Assembly: GCF_009914755.1 (NCBI RefSeq)
Contig: NC_060932.1
Length of the DNA: 64,000 bases
Source: the human T2T-CHM13v2.0 reference genome, Homo sapiens
Direction: 5' to 3' (one strand)
The translations under genes were made by a program, and so were the position numbers. The notes under the pieces were generated by a model, which saw only the letters and a program-made list of their open reading frames with translations, searched no databases and was not told the DNA's origin. Positions 1 to 17,759 of the stretch are shown here, piece by piece. Numbering within the stretch: the stretch's first letter is position 1; each line of letters begins with the position of its first letter.

Positions 1-1046
1 CATGGGGGACCTCTGAGCTCTGTGTTCTCTTCCATTGATCTGTGAGGCTATCTGTGATCCACACAGTTAGAACTTCACCCTGTTCTAACTGCCGCGGCTT
101 TGTAAAAATTCTTGATTTCCAGTAACATAGGTCCTCCTACCTTGTTCTTTTTCAGTCATAATTGGACTATTCTTGGCCCTTTACACTTCCATATAAAGTT
201 TAGAACCAGCTCATCAAATTACACATGCACACAAATACACATGCACAATGGTTTTGATTAAAATTGCTTTGACTGTATAGATCAGTTTAGTAATAAATGA
301 CTTATTTAAATATTGAATCTTTCACACAAATAGAATTCCTAAAAAAAAAATAAGTACTTTTTCCTTTTTCCCCAATAATCAGTTTCTGCATAAAGGTGTT
401 ACACATATTTTGTTAGTTTTACTCCAAAGTATTTAGTATGTTATGCTACTGCAAGTGGCATCTTTTGATGTTTTTTTCTTATTGTTTGTTACCATTAAGC
501 AGAAATTAATTCTGTATATTGACTTTATATAATTATAATCTTGTTTAAATTATCTATTAATTCTAATGATTTATCTGCAGATTCTTTTTAATTTCCTTTG
601 ATTCTCTTTAATTTTTAAGGTTCTTTTTATATGTAATCTGTGAATAAATAATAGTTAATTTTTCCCTTCCAGTCATTATACTTTTATTTCATTAATTAAG
701 TTGTTTATTTGCCTTACCACACAGGTTAGAATCACCAATATACAATGTTTTTAAAAGTGATCATACTGAGTCATACTTGTGTTTCATCATGGTTCAAAGA
801 GAAAGCTTTTAACATGCCACAATGAAGTTCTTTTATTCAAAGATTTGAGTTAGTGGTGCTCCCTGCTTTACCTAGTGTGCTAATAGGCTTTATTATGACT
901 GGATGTTGAATTTTAACAAATGTATTTTCTGCATCTACTGAAATAATCATATAATTTTTTCTCATTATATTTTTTATGAGGTGAATTTTATTTTTAAATA
1001 TGAAATTAACCTTGCATTTTTAGAAACAAATCCAATTTTATTTTAA

Positions 1047-1722
<676 letters not shown>

Positions 1723-1964
1723 TAGATTATATTTTGACTAGCATTTTGCATCACTACTCATCAGTGGTATTGACTTGTAACTTTTTTTATGATAAAGTGT
1801 TGTCCATTTTTAGTGTCTGCATTATGCTGACCTCGCATAATATGTTGGGAAGTTCTCTTTCTTCTGTTTTCTGGAAGAATTTATTTTTTAAATTGGCATT
1901 ATTCTTTTAATAAGTGACAGAATTCACCAATACAGCCTCTGGCCTAGAGTTTGCCTTGTAAAAC

Positions 1965-2916
<952 letters not shown>

Positions 2917-3159
2917 AAACTATTTTTAATTACAGACTCAATTGCTTTAATAGACATACAAATATTTGTATTTTTAATTTTCTTTTGTATTTTTGTAAGT
3001 TGTATGTTTCTAAGAATGTATTTATATTTGCTTATCAAAATTTTTTAACTACTTAATAAATCCAGAGTCTGATAATGATGTCTTTTTACTATTCTGACAT
3101 TGGTTGTTACTTTTTTGTATTGATTGGTATAGCCATTTGGAATACATTCAACAACAGAC

Positions 3160-3702
3160 TGATAGTGACAGGAGGCAGCCAAATGCCTTGGCAGATAGGG
3201 CCGGGTCCCCGTGAAACCCCACCTTCAAGCCAATAACAGCCTGAAGGCTGAAAGACCTAACTGCCGGTCCTGGAGGAAACCCACAACCAAGAGTGAGAAC
3301 TTCTGTTCCATGCCCTTTAACCAATCAAATGCTGCCTCTTCCAATACTATCTACAGCCTGCCCCTCCCCTACTCTGAAGCCCTAAAAAGCCCTGGACCCA
3401 ACCACACCAGGAGGAGAGAGCCACCTAACTGCAGGGCTGGGGAAACACCCCCTCATCCCTTCTCCACTGAGAGCTGTTCCTTCACTCAATAACATTCTTC
3501 TCCACCTTTCTTACCCTTCAATGTCCAGCATATCCTCATTCTTCTTGGGTGCAATAAAAGAGCTCAGGACCGCTAAATGTGGGTACAAGCTATAACACAG
3601 GTGATCTGGGGCACACTAGCATGGCCGAGGAAGGCCTGGGCAGGGCATTGCCAGCTCGGGTCCCTGGCTTGCAAAGTGACTGAGAAGGCAAATCCTACAT
3701 CA
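3160..3702 (+). mobile_element. ERV1 solo LTR (LTR1/LTR27/LTR28-like group) inserted in L1
   Basis: TG...CA termini (tgatagtgacaggaggcagcc ... atcctacatca) with 4-bp TSD agac/agat; the L1 sequence resumes on both sides. Family uncertain. Confidence 0.75.
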
Positions 3703-4526
3703 AGATGAGCAAGAACTATGCACTGAATATTACAAACATTGCAGGGGAAAACATGAAAAGAATTCTAAAAATGGAGAACAAATGGAGAGTTATATCATGT
3801 CTATAGGCTGGAAGAATAAATCATGTAAAGATATAAGTTCCTCCCAAAGTGAACCATATATTCAATGCAATTCCAATGAAAACTCCAGTAAATGTTTTTG
3901 TAGCAATTGACAAGCTGATACTGAAATTTACATGGAAATTGGAAAGATACAGAATAACCAAAACAATCTTGATGATGAAGAGCAAAGTTTAAGGGCTCAC
4001 AGAAGTTGATGTTGAGACTTAATTAGAAAGGTAGAGTAATTATAATAGTAATCTACTGGCATAAGCATTTAAAAAAAGATGAACAGAACAATATTGAATC
4101 AGAAATAATCCTACACGAATGTAGTCAATTGCTTTTCAACAAAAGCACCCATGAAATTCAATGGGGAAACAAAAGTATTTTCCATAAATGGCATAAAAAG
4201 CTGGGAGGTTCACATCCATATGTGTCATGACCCATTCCTCACGCCATACACAAAAATTAACTCGGTTGGTGATACAAATGTAAAACTAAAATTATAAAAA
4301 TCTTAGATGAAAGCAGAGGGGAATATCTTTGAAAATTAAAAATAGGCAAAGATTTGATTTCTTAGATAAATTGCAAAGAGTAATACTGATTTTAAAATAA
4401 TCAATGGTACTTCTTATAATGAAAAATCTTTTGCTCCTCAAAAGTTACCAGTAAGCAAATGAAAAGGCAGGCCACAGACTGGTAGAAAATTTAGATAGAT
4501 AAAAGATAGGTAGACAAAGATATATA
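3703..4526 (+). mobile_element. Old L1M ORF2 3' part (sense); host of the nested cluster, resumes at ~8845
   Basis: L1 ORF2 motifs ttcaatgcaattccaatgaaaactccag, gacaagctgatactgaaatttacatggaa, aaaaggcaggccacagactgg. Confidence 0.85.
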
Positions 4527-4635
4527 TAGTTAATTGTCATTATTCAGAGTAGTTCTGTTCTATAAAGTCACCATAAACACTGGATTAATGAACACTGAAC
4601 TGTTAAGGGGAATACAGTAAGTCTTCCACAGTTTC

Positions 4636-5221
4636 CGTGAAAGGAAAATAAATCTGGAGACCCCCAAATCACAAAGCCAAGGAAAAGTCAAGCTGGGAAC
4701 CATGTCAGGCAAACCGGCCTCCCATTTTATTCCTAAATAAGATCGCTACAAAGACAAAAAAAAGCTACTTACCTCCCTCACAATTTGCCCACAAGGAAAT
4801 TCCTTGCAGACAAAGGACAGACAGAACTCAGTCACTCCTCTGAGGCTCCTGTGAGACAAGTATGTATCACTAAGCCAGACTAAGGCATAAGTGACTATTT
4901 ACCCTCTTCTCGCATGTAAATTGTCTATTCAGTAAAAGGCTTCTCAGAAACTCAAAAGAATGTAACCATCTGTCTCTTATCTACCTATGACCTGGAAGCT
5001 CCCTCCCCCACTTCCAGTTTTCCTGCCTTTCCCAACCGAACCAATGTATATTGACTGATGTCTCATGTCTCCTTAAAATGTATAAAACCAAGCTGTGCCT
5101 TGACCAGCTTGGGAACATATCGTCAGGACTCCCTGAGGCTGTGTCATGAGCGCATCCTTAAACTTGGCAAAATAAACTTTCTAAATTGGTTGAGACCTGT
5201 CTCGGATATTTTGGGTTCACA
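4636..5221 (+). mobile_element. MER4A-type ERV1 solo LTR
   Basis: (c)gtgaaaggaaaataaatct ... gagacctgtctcggatattttgggttcaca; near-TSD tttc/gttc. Confidence 0.88.
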
Positions 5222-5744
5222 GTTCTTGGAAACTGGGACTGTAAACAAAATCATACACCGAAACCAATTCTACTGTAGGCTAATGGATACAAACAAGAGT
5301 TTCACTCCTATGACATATTTCTAGTCACAAAAACATCACCAAACTTCTAAATAAAGACCCAAAATATTTCTAATATTAACCTTTGAAATAAATGTGAGCA
5401 ATTCATACATTTAAGAAATATTAATAAAAACAAGTAAGATAATGACTTACCCAATTTTTAGTGAAGCAGTAAGCAACAATAGTCACAGCGGTGGTGAGTT
5501 AAATCGAGAAATAAATGTTTGCAAAGTGAAAATTAGCAGGAGCAACGCCTCCCATCATGCAGTTCAAAAACCATTGCAAACATGGTGGCTCACAGCACTG
5601 TTGGCTTGCGTTGTTTATTGTTCTGCATTTGGATGATCATCATCTACTTACGAAAATTTATTTCACAATCATTTGTAGTCATTAATTCATTTTCTAACTC
5701 ACTTGTTCCAGTTTAGGGTTGCAGATGGGCAGAGTCTATCCTGG

Positions 5745-6829
5745 TGTCTCCAACACGAATAGGGGCTGGGTACAATGAGGCTGAGACCTACTTGGCTATA
5801 CTCCCAGGAGGTTAGGTATTCTTAGTCTATGCGATGAGATAGGAGGTCAGCACAAGATACAGGTCACAAGAACCCTGCTGATAAAACAGGATTTGGTAAA
5901 GAAGCTGGCTAAAATCCACCTGTTATAAATAAAGTTAAGGTGCCGCAAAAGAAATAGCACTCGAATATAAAATTTTCTTTTTAATTTTCAGCAAGGCAAG
6001 GTACTTCTATAGAAGGGTGCACTCTCACCGATGGAGCAATGGTGGTCACACATTTGGACAAGAGAGGGGAAAGGATTCTTATCCCTGACACACAGGGCCC
6101 CTGCTGCTGTGTCGTTCCCCTGTTGGCTAGGGTTAGACCGCACAGGCTAAACTAATTCCCATTGGCTAATTTAAAGAGAATGACGGGGTGAGCGCTTTGG
6201 CGGGAGTCAGGGCAGAGCAGGTAGCAGGTAATCCGAATGAGCTAGGGTGGAGCAGGTGATCAGAATGAGTTAGGGTGGAGCAGGTGATCGGGATGGGTCA
6301 GGGTGGGGTAGGCAATTGAAAAAGGTTGCTTCATGAGGAAGTTAAAAGTAGAAGGCAAAGAATTGAACATACTGACATACTAATTCTTTGAAGAGAAATT
6401 TAGAATTCATATTCAACGCATCAAAACCAAGATGGCAATGAAAGTGGACTTTGGTCGTCCTCGCTGTTCATTTTACGCTAATTATAATGTATTAGCATGC
6501 TAAAAGACACTCCCACCAGCACCATGACAGTTTACAAATGGCATGGCAATGTCCAGAAGTTACCCTATATGGTCAAAAAGGGGAGGACCCCTCAGTTTCG
6601 AGAATTGCCCACCCCTTACCCAGAAAACTCTTTAAAAATTCACCTCTTGTTTAGTATTTAACCAAAAAATAACTGTAAATATACCCAGTTGAGCACCCCA
6701 TGCCACTGCTCTACCTATGGAGTAGCCATTCTTCTATTCCTTTACTGTATGGACTTATTCTGAATTCTTTCTTACAGAAGGTCCAAGAACCCTCTCTTGG
6801 GGTCTGAATTGGGACCCTTTCCAGTAACA
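5745..6829 (+). mobile_element. MER41 (MER41B-like) solo LTR, split by LTR10
   Basis: gaataggggctgggt...gagataggaggtcagcacaagatacagg... and end ggacccttt ccagtaaca; exact TSD CTGG at 5741-5744 and 6830-6833. Confidence 0.92.
5921..6418 (-). mobile_element. LTR10 (A/F-like, HERV-I group) solo LTR with internal 28-bp VNTR
   Basis: Reverse complement of the LTR10 5' end (ttctttgaagagaaatttagaattcatat); about three 28-bp units gaatgag(c/t)tagggtggagcaggtgatc at 6235-6318; TSD cacc/catc. Confidence 0.87.
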
Positions 6830-7116
6830 CTGGCAGCTCAGGGTGCAAGGTGGGAACCAGCCTGGACATGATGCCATCCCATCATCCCATTTCAGGGCGG
6901 ACTCACACACACACACATACTCACACTCACACACACAAGCGCATTCACACTGGGACTGTGTGGACACGCCAGTTCACCTAAGCGCACAGCTTTGAGATGT
7001 AGAGGAAACTGAATGCCCAGAGAAAACCCACACAGATGTGAGGGGAACATGCAAACTCCACACAGACAGTGGTCCCAGGGAGGAAGCAATTTTTTTTATC
7101 AACATTATAATGAAAC

Positions 7117-7731
7117 TGAGATAGAACAGGAGAGGGATGTAGCTCCTCCTTCACGTATTTTTTCTTTTTTCCTTCTTTTCCTCACAAAACCCACACCACT
7201 ACCTCGCCTATACTATACCTGCTAGCCCTGAAGCTTTAACCACACAAAGAAAATAGCTAGTCTTCTGTGCTGTCATAATGTTTAACCATGCCTTCCACTT
7301 AAAGAATTCCAGAAACTGGCCTTAGGAGATCCAAATACTGAACAAAGGTTGCAGAGTGTGCTCACTTTGGAAGGAATGCTGAACAACTGATTTACAGCCT
7401 TGTTGCTCTGGCCAGACCACCAGGTGACCCATTACTCAAGAGAAACATCGGAACCAGACTTGCTAACCTGCATACCCTAACTCTCACGTGCTTCCCCCAG
7501 CCCAGCCTGCATACCTTACCCCTGATGTCAATTCTCATGCTTTGCCTAATGAAAAATCCCTACTGGCTGCTTTCAGGGAACCAGTTGGAATATCCTTGTG
7601 CCTCTGCTGACTCTGCTGATTCCCTTGCACTCCAGCACAAGCCAGGAGATAAAAGCCTTGTCCGGGAAATCTGTTGGACCCTATGTTAATTTCCATTACA
7701 AGGGTTGCCTGAGAGCCTGTGGTCTGTAACA
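7117..7731 (+). mobile_element. ERV1-class solo LTR (family not identified)
   Basis: tgag...gtctgtaaca termini with 4-bp TSD aaac/aaat; MER6 resumes on both sides. Confidence 0.75.
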
Positions 7732-8310
7732 AAATGATGTTGAAGGAGACAGCATTAGTTGAGGACTTGTACAGGGTTAGGTTCCCAAGCCTCTGGTCAC
7801 AATATTTCCACCAACTGATCAATATATGTCATTGTTTTATATGTTTTTCCTTAAGAACAGCTTACTTAATGTATATCATTGAGTAACACTGAAGTCACAG
7901 CCAAGAGCACTGTAACTCCTGCCTGAATGAGACTCATCTAACACATGTATTTTCTCTATGGGGAACATCACAGCCTCTTGTGTTTAGGAACACTAGAGAG
8001 CACTATGCTGTGTGCCATGATAAACAGTGAAATCATCAACGAAAAGGGCAAAAATACAAAATTTGGCACTACATAGGCACAAAACAGGACACTTGTTGAC
8101 AGTATGAGAGCTGAAACAAGAAAGCAGAGCATCACTTTTTTGACTTAAGTTGGAAAAGTGCACATCAGATAACTCAAGATTTTCAAATCTGAGCATGCTT
8201 GCAAGAGACCACAAAAGTGCCCTAAGTATTCATTTGAGGGTAGCAAATAAATTTTAGCAAGTAGAAAAACTTGCAAATGTTGAATCCAGAAATAATGAGA
8301 AAACACTGTA

Positions 8311-8840
8311 ATGATAAATGTGTGTGTATATATGAGATAAATGTGTGTGTATATACATGAGAAGCCACTGTATTTATAAATGTGTTTGTGTGTGTGTGTA
8401 TATATATATACACAACTATATATAAACACACATTTATATACATGTGTGTATATTTATATTTGTATATGTATGTACTTATACGTGTGTGTGTATATATATA
8501 CACACACATTTATACACATGGGTGTATATGCGTGTATACATTTATATACATGTGTGTATATTTATATATGTATTTGTATATGTATGCATTTATACATGTG
8601 TGTATATTTATATATGCATTTATATATGTATATATAAATATTCATATATGTATATTTATATGTAAATATTTATATATTTATATATAAATATTCATATATG
8701 TATATTTATATGTAAATATTTATATATTTATATATAAATATTTACATATAAATATACATATATACATAAATATATAGTAAATATATAAATATACACACAC
8801 ATATATAAATATACACACATTTATCATGTATGTGTATCTA
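8311..8840. repeat. Complex (TA)/(TG)/(CA) microsatellite with a 50-bp tandem duplication and a 70-bp palindrome
   Basis: 8631-8680 is repeated exactly at 8681-8730; 8694-8727 is the reverse complement of 8730-8763. Confidence 0.95.
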
Positions 8841-8844
8841 TCAA

Positions 8845-9705
8845 ATAATTTGTCTTCAGAATATATAAATAACTTCTAAAAATAAAATTCAAAAAGATCA
8901 ATAAAAATGGGCAAAAGACTGGAATAGAAAATTCAGTAAATAATATAAATGCAAAATAAGCATATAAAATATCACTCAATTTTGTTAGTCATAAAAGAAA
9001 TGAAAGTTTAAACCAAAAGGAAATAACACTACATACCTACTAGACTGGCTAAAATTAAAAGATTTGTAATACCAAATGTTGAAGAGGAAGCAGAGTCACA
9101 GGAAATATAATACATTTTTGGTGGGAGTATTGATAGTATTTGAAAAACATTTTAGGCAGTTTCTTTTAGAATTAAATATACCTATCTTATGATTCAGCAA
9201 TTCAATTCCTAGGTATTTACTTGCCCAAAATAAAAATATATATTCACACAAAAAATATTTACACAAGAAGTCAAATGCAGCTTAATTAATATTAGCTATG
9301 AAAATACTGGAAACAACTCAAATTCTCAGAAGAATGGTTAAACATATTGTGTTTTATTAATACAATGAAATACTATCCAGCAATAAAAAGAAATGACTTT
9401 CTGATATTTATAACAATATAAATGAATCTCAGAAATATTGTGTTAAGCTAAAGAAGCCAGACAAAAAAGAGTTCGTATGCTATTATTCCATTTATCTGAA
9501 GTTTGAGAAAACAAAAACAGAATCTCTAAGGGCGGAAATGAATATAGTGGTTGCCTCTGGAGACGTGCGAAATTGATTCTATTTTCTAAAATGATGAACA
9601 TTGCATCTCTATACTGATTTGGTGATCTTATTGTTTATATTCGTCAACTCATCAAATTATACAGTTTTAAGATCTGTGCATTTTACTATGTATAACCATA
9701 TATTA
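8845..9705 (+). mobile_element. Old L1M 3' end (L1MC/ME-like)
   Basis: cactacatacctactagactggctaaaattaaaa, cagcaattcaattcctaggtatttac, tacaatgaaatactatccagcaataaaaagaaatga, gatctgtgcattttactatg. Confidence 0.85.
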
Positions 9706-9711
9706 ATTATA

Positions 9712-9872
9712 CAAAGGAGAAAAAGAAAAGTGAGAAGGAGGAGGAGGTGGAGGGGAAAGAAAGGAGGAGAGCAGGAGGAGGGAGAGGGAAATGGGAAAAA
9801 GGAAGAGGGAAGGAAAAGAAGAGAAGCAGAAGCCGGGAGGGGAAGAAGCAAAGAAGCAACAGCAGCAGCAGA
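9712..9872. repeat. Purine-rich (GA) low-complexity tract
   Basis: Almost entirely G/A, ending in (gca)n; explains several overlapping spurious ORFs. Confidence 0.85.
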
Positions 9873-10276
9873 ATCCACATTCCTTGCAAGAAGCATGAGA
9901 ACAAAATGTTGGTGGATATAAGAGCAATTTCTCTCCATCTTTTCTAAGTACCATGATCTTGAAATGGTAGATAAACAAAAAGCAAGAATTTAGGTGGGGC
10001 ATTAAGAAAATTTCAGCTGGAGTTCATGGCCCTCCTCCTCCCAAGAGGTGTTTTCACACATGGACTCAGAGGTTTTGTGGACCTTTTAAATTCACATGAA
10101 GTCCTGAGTGTGTCATTTCCCACACAGACATTTTTCAGGAGAATCAGAATTTTCAATGAGCCATAGATCTGAAATATGAAGCTTCACTGCCTTAAAAGAA
10201 GTTGCTAGCCACCAGGATAGATTACAGAGTAGGCATCTGAAATGTCTTTCCTGACAGATCTTTACAAATAGTCTGT

Positions 10277-13925
<3,649 letters not shown>

Positions 13926-13929
13926 ACTA

Positions 13930-15245
13930 ATGGGCTACAGGCCCCATGCAAGTCTGAAATCCAGTGGGGCAGTCAAATCTTAAAGCTCCAAAATGATCTC
14001 CTTTGACTCCATGCCTCACATCCAGGTTACGCTGATGCAAGAGGTGGGTTCCCATGGTCTTGGGCAGCTACACCTCTGTGGCTTTGCAGGGTATAGCCTC
14101 CTTCCTGGCAGCCTTTGCAAGCTGGCATCAAGTGCCTGTGACTTTTCTAGGTACACGGCATAAGCTGTCAGTGGATCTACCATCCTGGAGTCTGGAGATG
14201 GTGGCCCTCTTCTCACAGCTCCACTAGGCAGTGCTCCAGTAGGGATTCTGTGTGGGGGCTCCCAACACACATTTTCCTTCTACACTGCCCTAGCAGAGGT
14301 TCTCCATGAGGGCCCTACCCCTGTGGCAAACTTCTGCCTGGACATCCAGGTGTTTCCATACAACTTCTGAAATCTAGGCAGTGGTTCCTACACCCCAATT
14401 CTTGAGTTCTGTGCACTTGCAGGCTTAACACCATGTGAAAGCTGCCAAGGCTTGGGGTTTGCACCCTCTGAAGCCATGGTCCAAGCTCTATGCTGGCCCC
14501 TTTCAGCCATGACTGAAGGGGCTGGGATGCTGGGCATCAAGTCCCTAGGCTGCACACAGCACAGGGACTCTGGGCCTGGCCCACCAAACCACTTTTTCCT
14601 CCTAGGACTCCAGGCCTGTGATGAGAAGGGCTGCTGTGAAGACCTCTGACATGCCCTGGAAACACTTTTCCCATTGTCTCAGGGATTAACATTTGGCTCC
14701 TCATTACTTTTGCAAATTTCTGCAGCCAGCTTGAATTTCTCCTCAGAAAATGGGATTTTTTTTCTATCACATTGTCCGGCTGCAAATTTTTCTAACTTTT
14801 ATGCTCTGCTTCCCTTATAAAACTGAATGCCTTTTACAGCACCCAAGTCAACTCTTGAATGCTTTGCTGCTTAGAAATTTCTTCCACTAGATACCCTAAA
14901 TCATCTCTCTCAAGTTCAAAGTTCCACAAATCTCTAGGGCAGGGGCAAAATGCCACCAGTCTCTTTGCTAAAACATAACAAGTGTTACCTTTGCTCCAGT
15001 TCCCAACAAGTTCCTCTTCTCCATCTGAGACCACCTCAGCCTGAACCTTATTGTTCATATCACTATCAGCATTTTTGTCAAAGCGATTCAACAAGTCTCT
15101 AGGGAGTTCCAAACTTTTCCACATTTTCCTGTATTCTTGTGAGTCCTCCAAACTGTTCCAACCTCTTCCTGTTACCCAGTTCCAAAGTCACTTCCACATT
15201 TTCAGGTATCTTTTCAGCAATGCCCCACTCCTGGTACCAATTTAC
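13930..15245 (-). mobile_element. THE1 internal region (MaLR), 3'-truncated
   Basis: ORF 14834..15151 (ELPRDLLNRFDKNADSDM...VLAKRLVAFCPCPRDLWNFELERDDLGYLVEEISKQQS) is the THE1-int signature; adjacent to a THE1 LTR. Confidence 0.93.
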
Positions 15246-15600
15246 TGTATTGGTCCATTTTCATGCTGTTCATAAAGACATGCCCAAGACTGGGCAATTT
15301 ACAAAAGAAAGAGGTTTATTGGACTTACAGTTCAATGGCTGGGGAGGTCTCACAATCATGGCAGATGGCAAGAAGGAGCAAGTCACATCTTACGTGGATG
15401 TCAGCAGGCAAAAAGAGAGCTTGTGGAGAGAAACTCCCATTTTTAAAACCATCAGATCTCATGAGACCTATTCACTATCACGAGAACAGCACAGGAAAGC
15501 CACCCCCATGATTCAATTATCTCCCACCCCCCACAACGTGTGGGAATTATGGGAGCTACAAGATGAGATTTGGGTGGAGACACAGAGCCAAATCATATCA
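15246..15600 (-). mobile_element. THE1 LTR (THE1C/D-like), 5' LTR of the element
   Basis: tgtattggtccattttcatgctg ... gagatttgggtggagacacagagccaaatcatatca. Confidence 0.93.
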
Positions 15601-15689
15601 ATATCTAACATAACAATTCAGTTTTATAGCAAGAAGAAAAAGCCTAGAAATCCAAAAGAAAAATAAAATTAGATTAATGTTTTTCTTTC

Positions 15690-16235
15690 AACAGATTGGT
15701 AATAACCAAAATGTTTGTTCATATAGCACTTAGGTAGTAGTATGGGAAACAGGTATTCTCGTAGTCTGCTAGTAGGAGTGGCAATTGATAAAGTTTCTAT
15801 ACGTACAAATTTGATAATAGCTACTAATTTTTAAAATGTCAATGACCTTTAACTCAGAAATTTTACCTCTGGAAATTTGTCCCTTGGATACATAGTGTAT
15901 GTATAAGATTATTCAATGAAGAATCATTTGTGATAGGAAAAGACTGAAAATTACCTAACTTTCCAGTAACAGGGGATTATTAAAATAACCTTTATATATT
16001 TGTAAAATTGATCACTGCTAACGGCCTAAAAGAATGAGTTGGCTCTATGTATGTTGTAATGGAAAAATCCCCCAAGAAATATTGTTAAGTGAAAGTACAA
16101 ACACAGATTATTTGTGTAAAGGAAAAGGGATACATTTGTAAATTCTTGTAGCAGCATTGAATATCTCCGAATGCTATAAAAGAAGCTGATAACCACAGAT
16201 ATATCTAGAAATGGGTCCTAGATGGCTGGAAGAAG
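15690..16235 (+). mobile_element. Old L1ME-like 3' fragment
   Basis: gggaaacaggtattctcgtagtctgctagtaggagtg, gacctttaactcagaaattttacctctggaaattt. Confidence 0.65.
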
Positions 16236-17199
16236 AGCCTTTCAAGTATGAAATATGCGGGCGGAACTCTCAAGAGTCCTGGAAGAAGATAACTTAAACA
16301 ACTGGGCTCAGAAGGATTCCCTGATCTCAAGGGCTCTGACAAGTCCTAGGGTCACTAGGGCACCTGGCAACTAGATTTATTTGTACTTTAAACAAAGTAT
16401 GAAGGATACTTTGTTTTCACATTGTGAATTTTTCATTTTTGTAAAATTTCATTGTACCTTTATACTGGTACCACTATTATATCGGTGGTAATAACCACAG
16501 TTGTTATGGTAGCTTCTTTTGGTTCAACTAACCAGAAAACTGCTGGAAAAAAAAATCACTTAAACTGTGAGAGACAAAATTAAGCCTTCCATGGAATTAA
16601 TTTTATGCAAATTTATACTTTCTTTCTTTTTGAATATAGTTTTTACATTCTCTCACCAAACGCACAAAAATATATTAAGAAAATAAAAACTTTTCTATTT
16701 CCAGAATTACTATTAATGTGATGGTATCACCAGTTAATTTAATAAAAACCATTTTAAGAAACTATTCAATATTCAATAACATTTAGTACAGCTAATAGAA
16801 ACTAACCCACAGACTAAGTGCCGTTACTTACCACTCACACAGGAAATGTAGCACATCTCTCACAAGCAAGAATTGCAATAAGGAAGAAAGTGGAGAACAC
16901 GGTTTTAGAAGAGCACACAACCAAAGATTTTGGACCTTGATATATTTAAGTAAATATTCTCAGATGTTTTATTGATCAATTTGAAGCAAATATCTTTTCT
17001 TCTATGACCAAAGAAAGCTAATGAGCCTGTTGCACAACATGTAGACTCAATTTATGAAACTTGCAAAGCCATGTCCTCAGTAAATGTTAATCCCCCAAAC
17101 ATGAAACCTGACAGTTGAAAAGATGACACAGAAAGCAAAACAAAACCAAGCATGTGCATTTTTTTAGCAAGAAAAGAATCACAATAACATTCAGTTATT

Positions 17200-17732
17200 T
17201 TCAGACCTTCCTGCTGAGTCCCGCTGAGCCCTTGCTCAGTGATGGTCCACTAACCATCACTCACAGCTAGACCTTGCTGTTCCCCCTTTGAACATAAACA
17301 ATGTCACAGAACATCACATCAGACAAGGTCACTCTGTGACCATGACGAAGTGAATCAAAAAACAAGACCACTTCACAATTTTGTCTAAGCATAGATAAAA
17401 ACAACAAGGTCACTGTGCAAACCACAAAACTGCCAAACACCCTCTTTCCTAATATGAGTGACCACTACTTCTTTACTAATTATGGCTTTGACTCACTCTA
17501 GTCTTCCTGCTCTGTTGTTAACATTTAAGATAGTCAGTCATAGAGTTATCCCTGCTTCTGGACAGCTTCCAATCCAGAACAAAGATTCTCTTCTACAAAC
17601 CTTCCCCAAGTCCCCATCTCTTTCTGAGATGCCACTGTTCTGCCTGATGTGTCATCTTCCCCTTTCACTGAGCAATGAACCCAACTTGCTCAGCTATAGT
17701 GTTTCTTAGTGGTCTTTGGCTAGAGAGCCAAA
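17200..17732 (+). mobile_element. Old ERV1-like LTR (family uncertain)
   Basis: LTR-like composition (cagacaaggtcactctgtgaccatg, gagttatccctgcttctggacagcttccaatccag, tagtggtctttggct). Boundaries approximate. Confidence 0.5.
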
Positions 17733-17759
17733 ATAATTGTCTACTCCCAAAGACTTCCA

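Larger units (their letters stand above)
4615..7769 (-). mobile_element. MER6 (TcMar-Tigger), split by three LTR insertions
   Basis: Termini cagtaagtc... and ...gaggacttg with TA TSD at 4613-4614 and 7770-7771; internal pieces 5222-5744, 6830-7116 and 7732-7769 match antisense MER6 (agagaaaacccacacagatgtgaggggaacatgcaaactccacacagacagtgg). Confidence 0.88.
4527..8308 (+). mobile_element. MER82 (TcMar-Tigger), split by MER6; MER82 sequence at 4527-4614 and 7770-8308
   Basis: Left piece ...gttctataaagtcaccataaacactgg...gggaata joins right piece cagggttaggttcc...aataatgagaaaacactg; TA flanks. Confidence 0.85.

Noticed and set aside
6235-6318. 28-bp direct repeats resembling a CRISPR array
   Set aside because: Head-to-tail units without spacers, inside LTR10 in a eukaryotic genome; this is the LTR10 VNTR.
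8145-8687. Several Y/I/C/V-rich ORFs
   Set aside because: Translation artefacts of the TA/TG microsatellite.
9601-10002. Five overlapping ORFs rich in R/K/E/G or S/P/F/L
   Set aside because: Produced by the purine-rich low-complexity tract.
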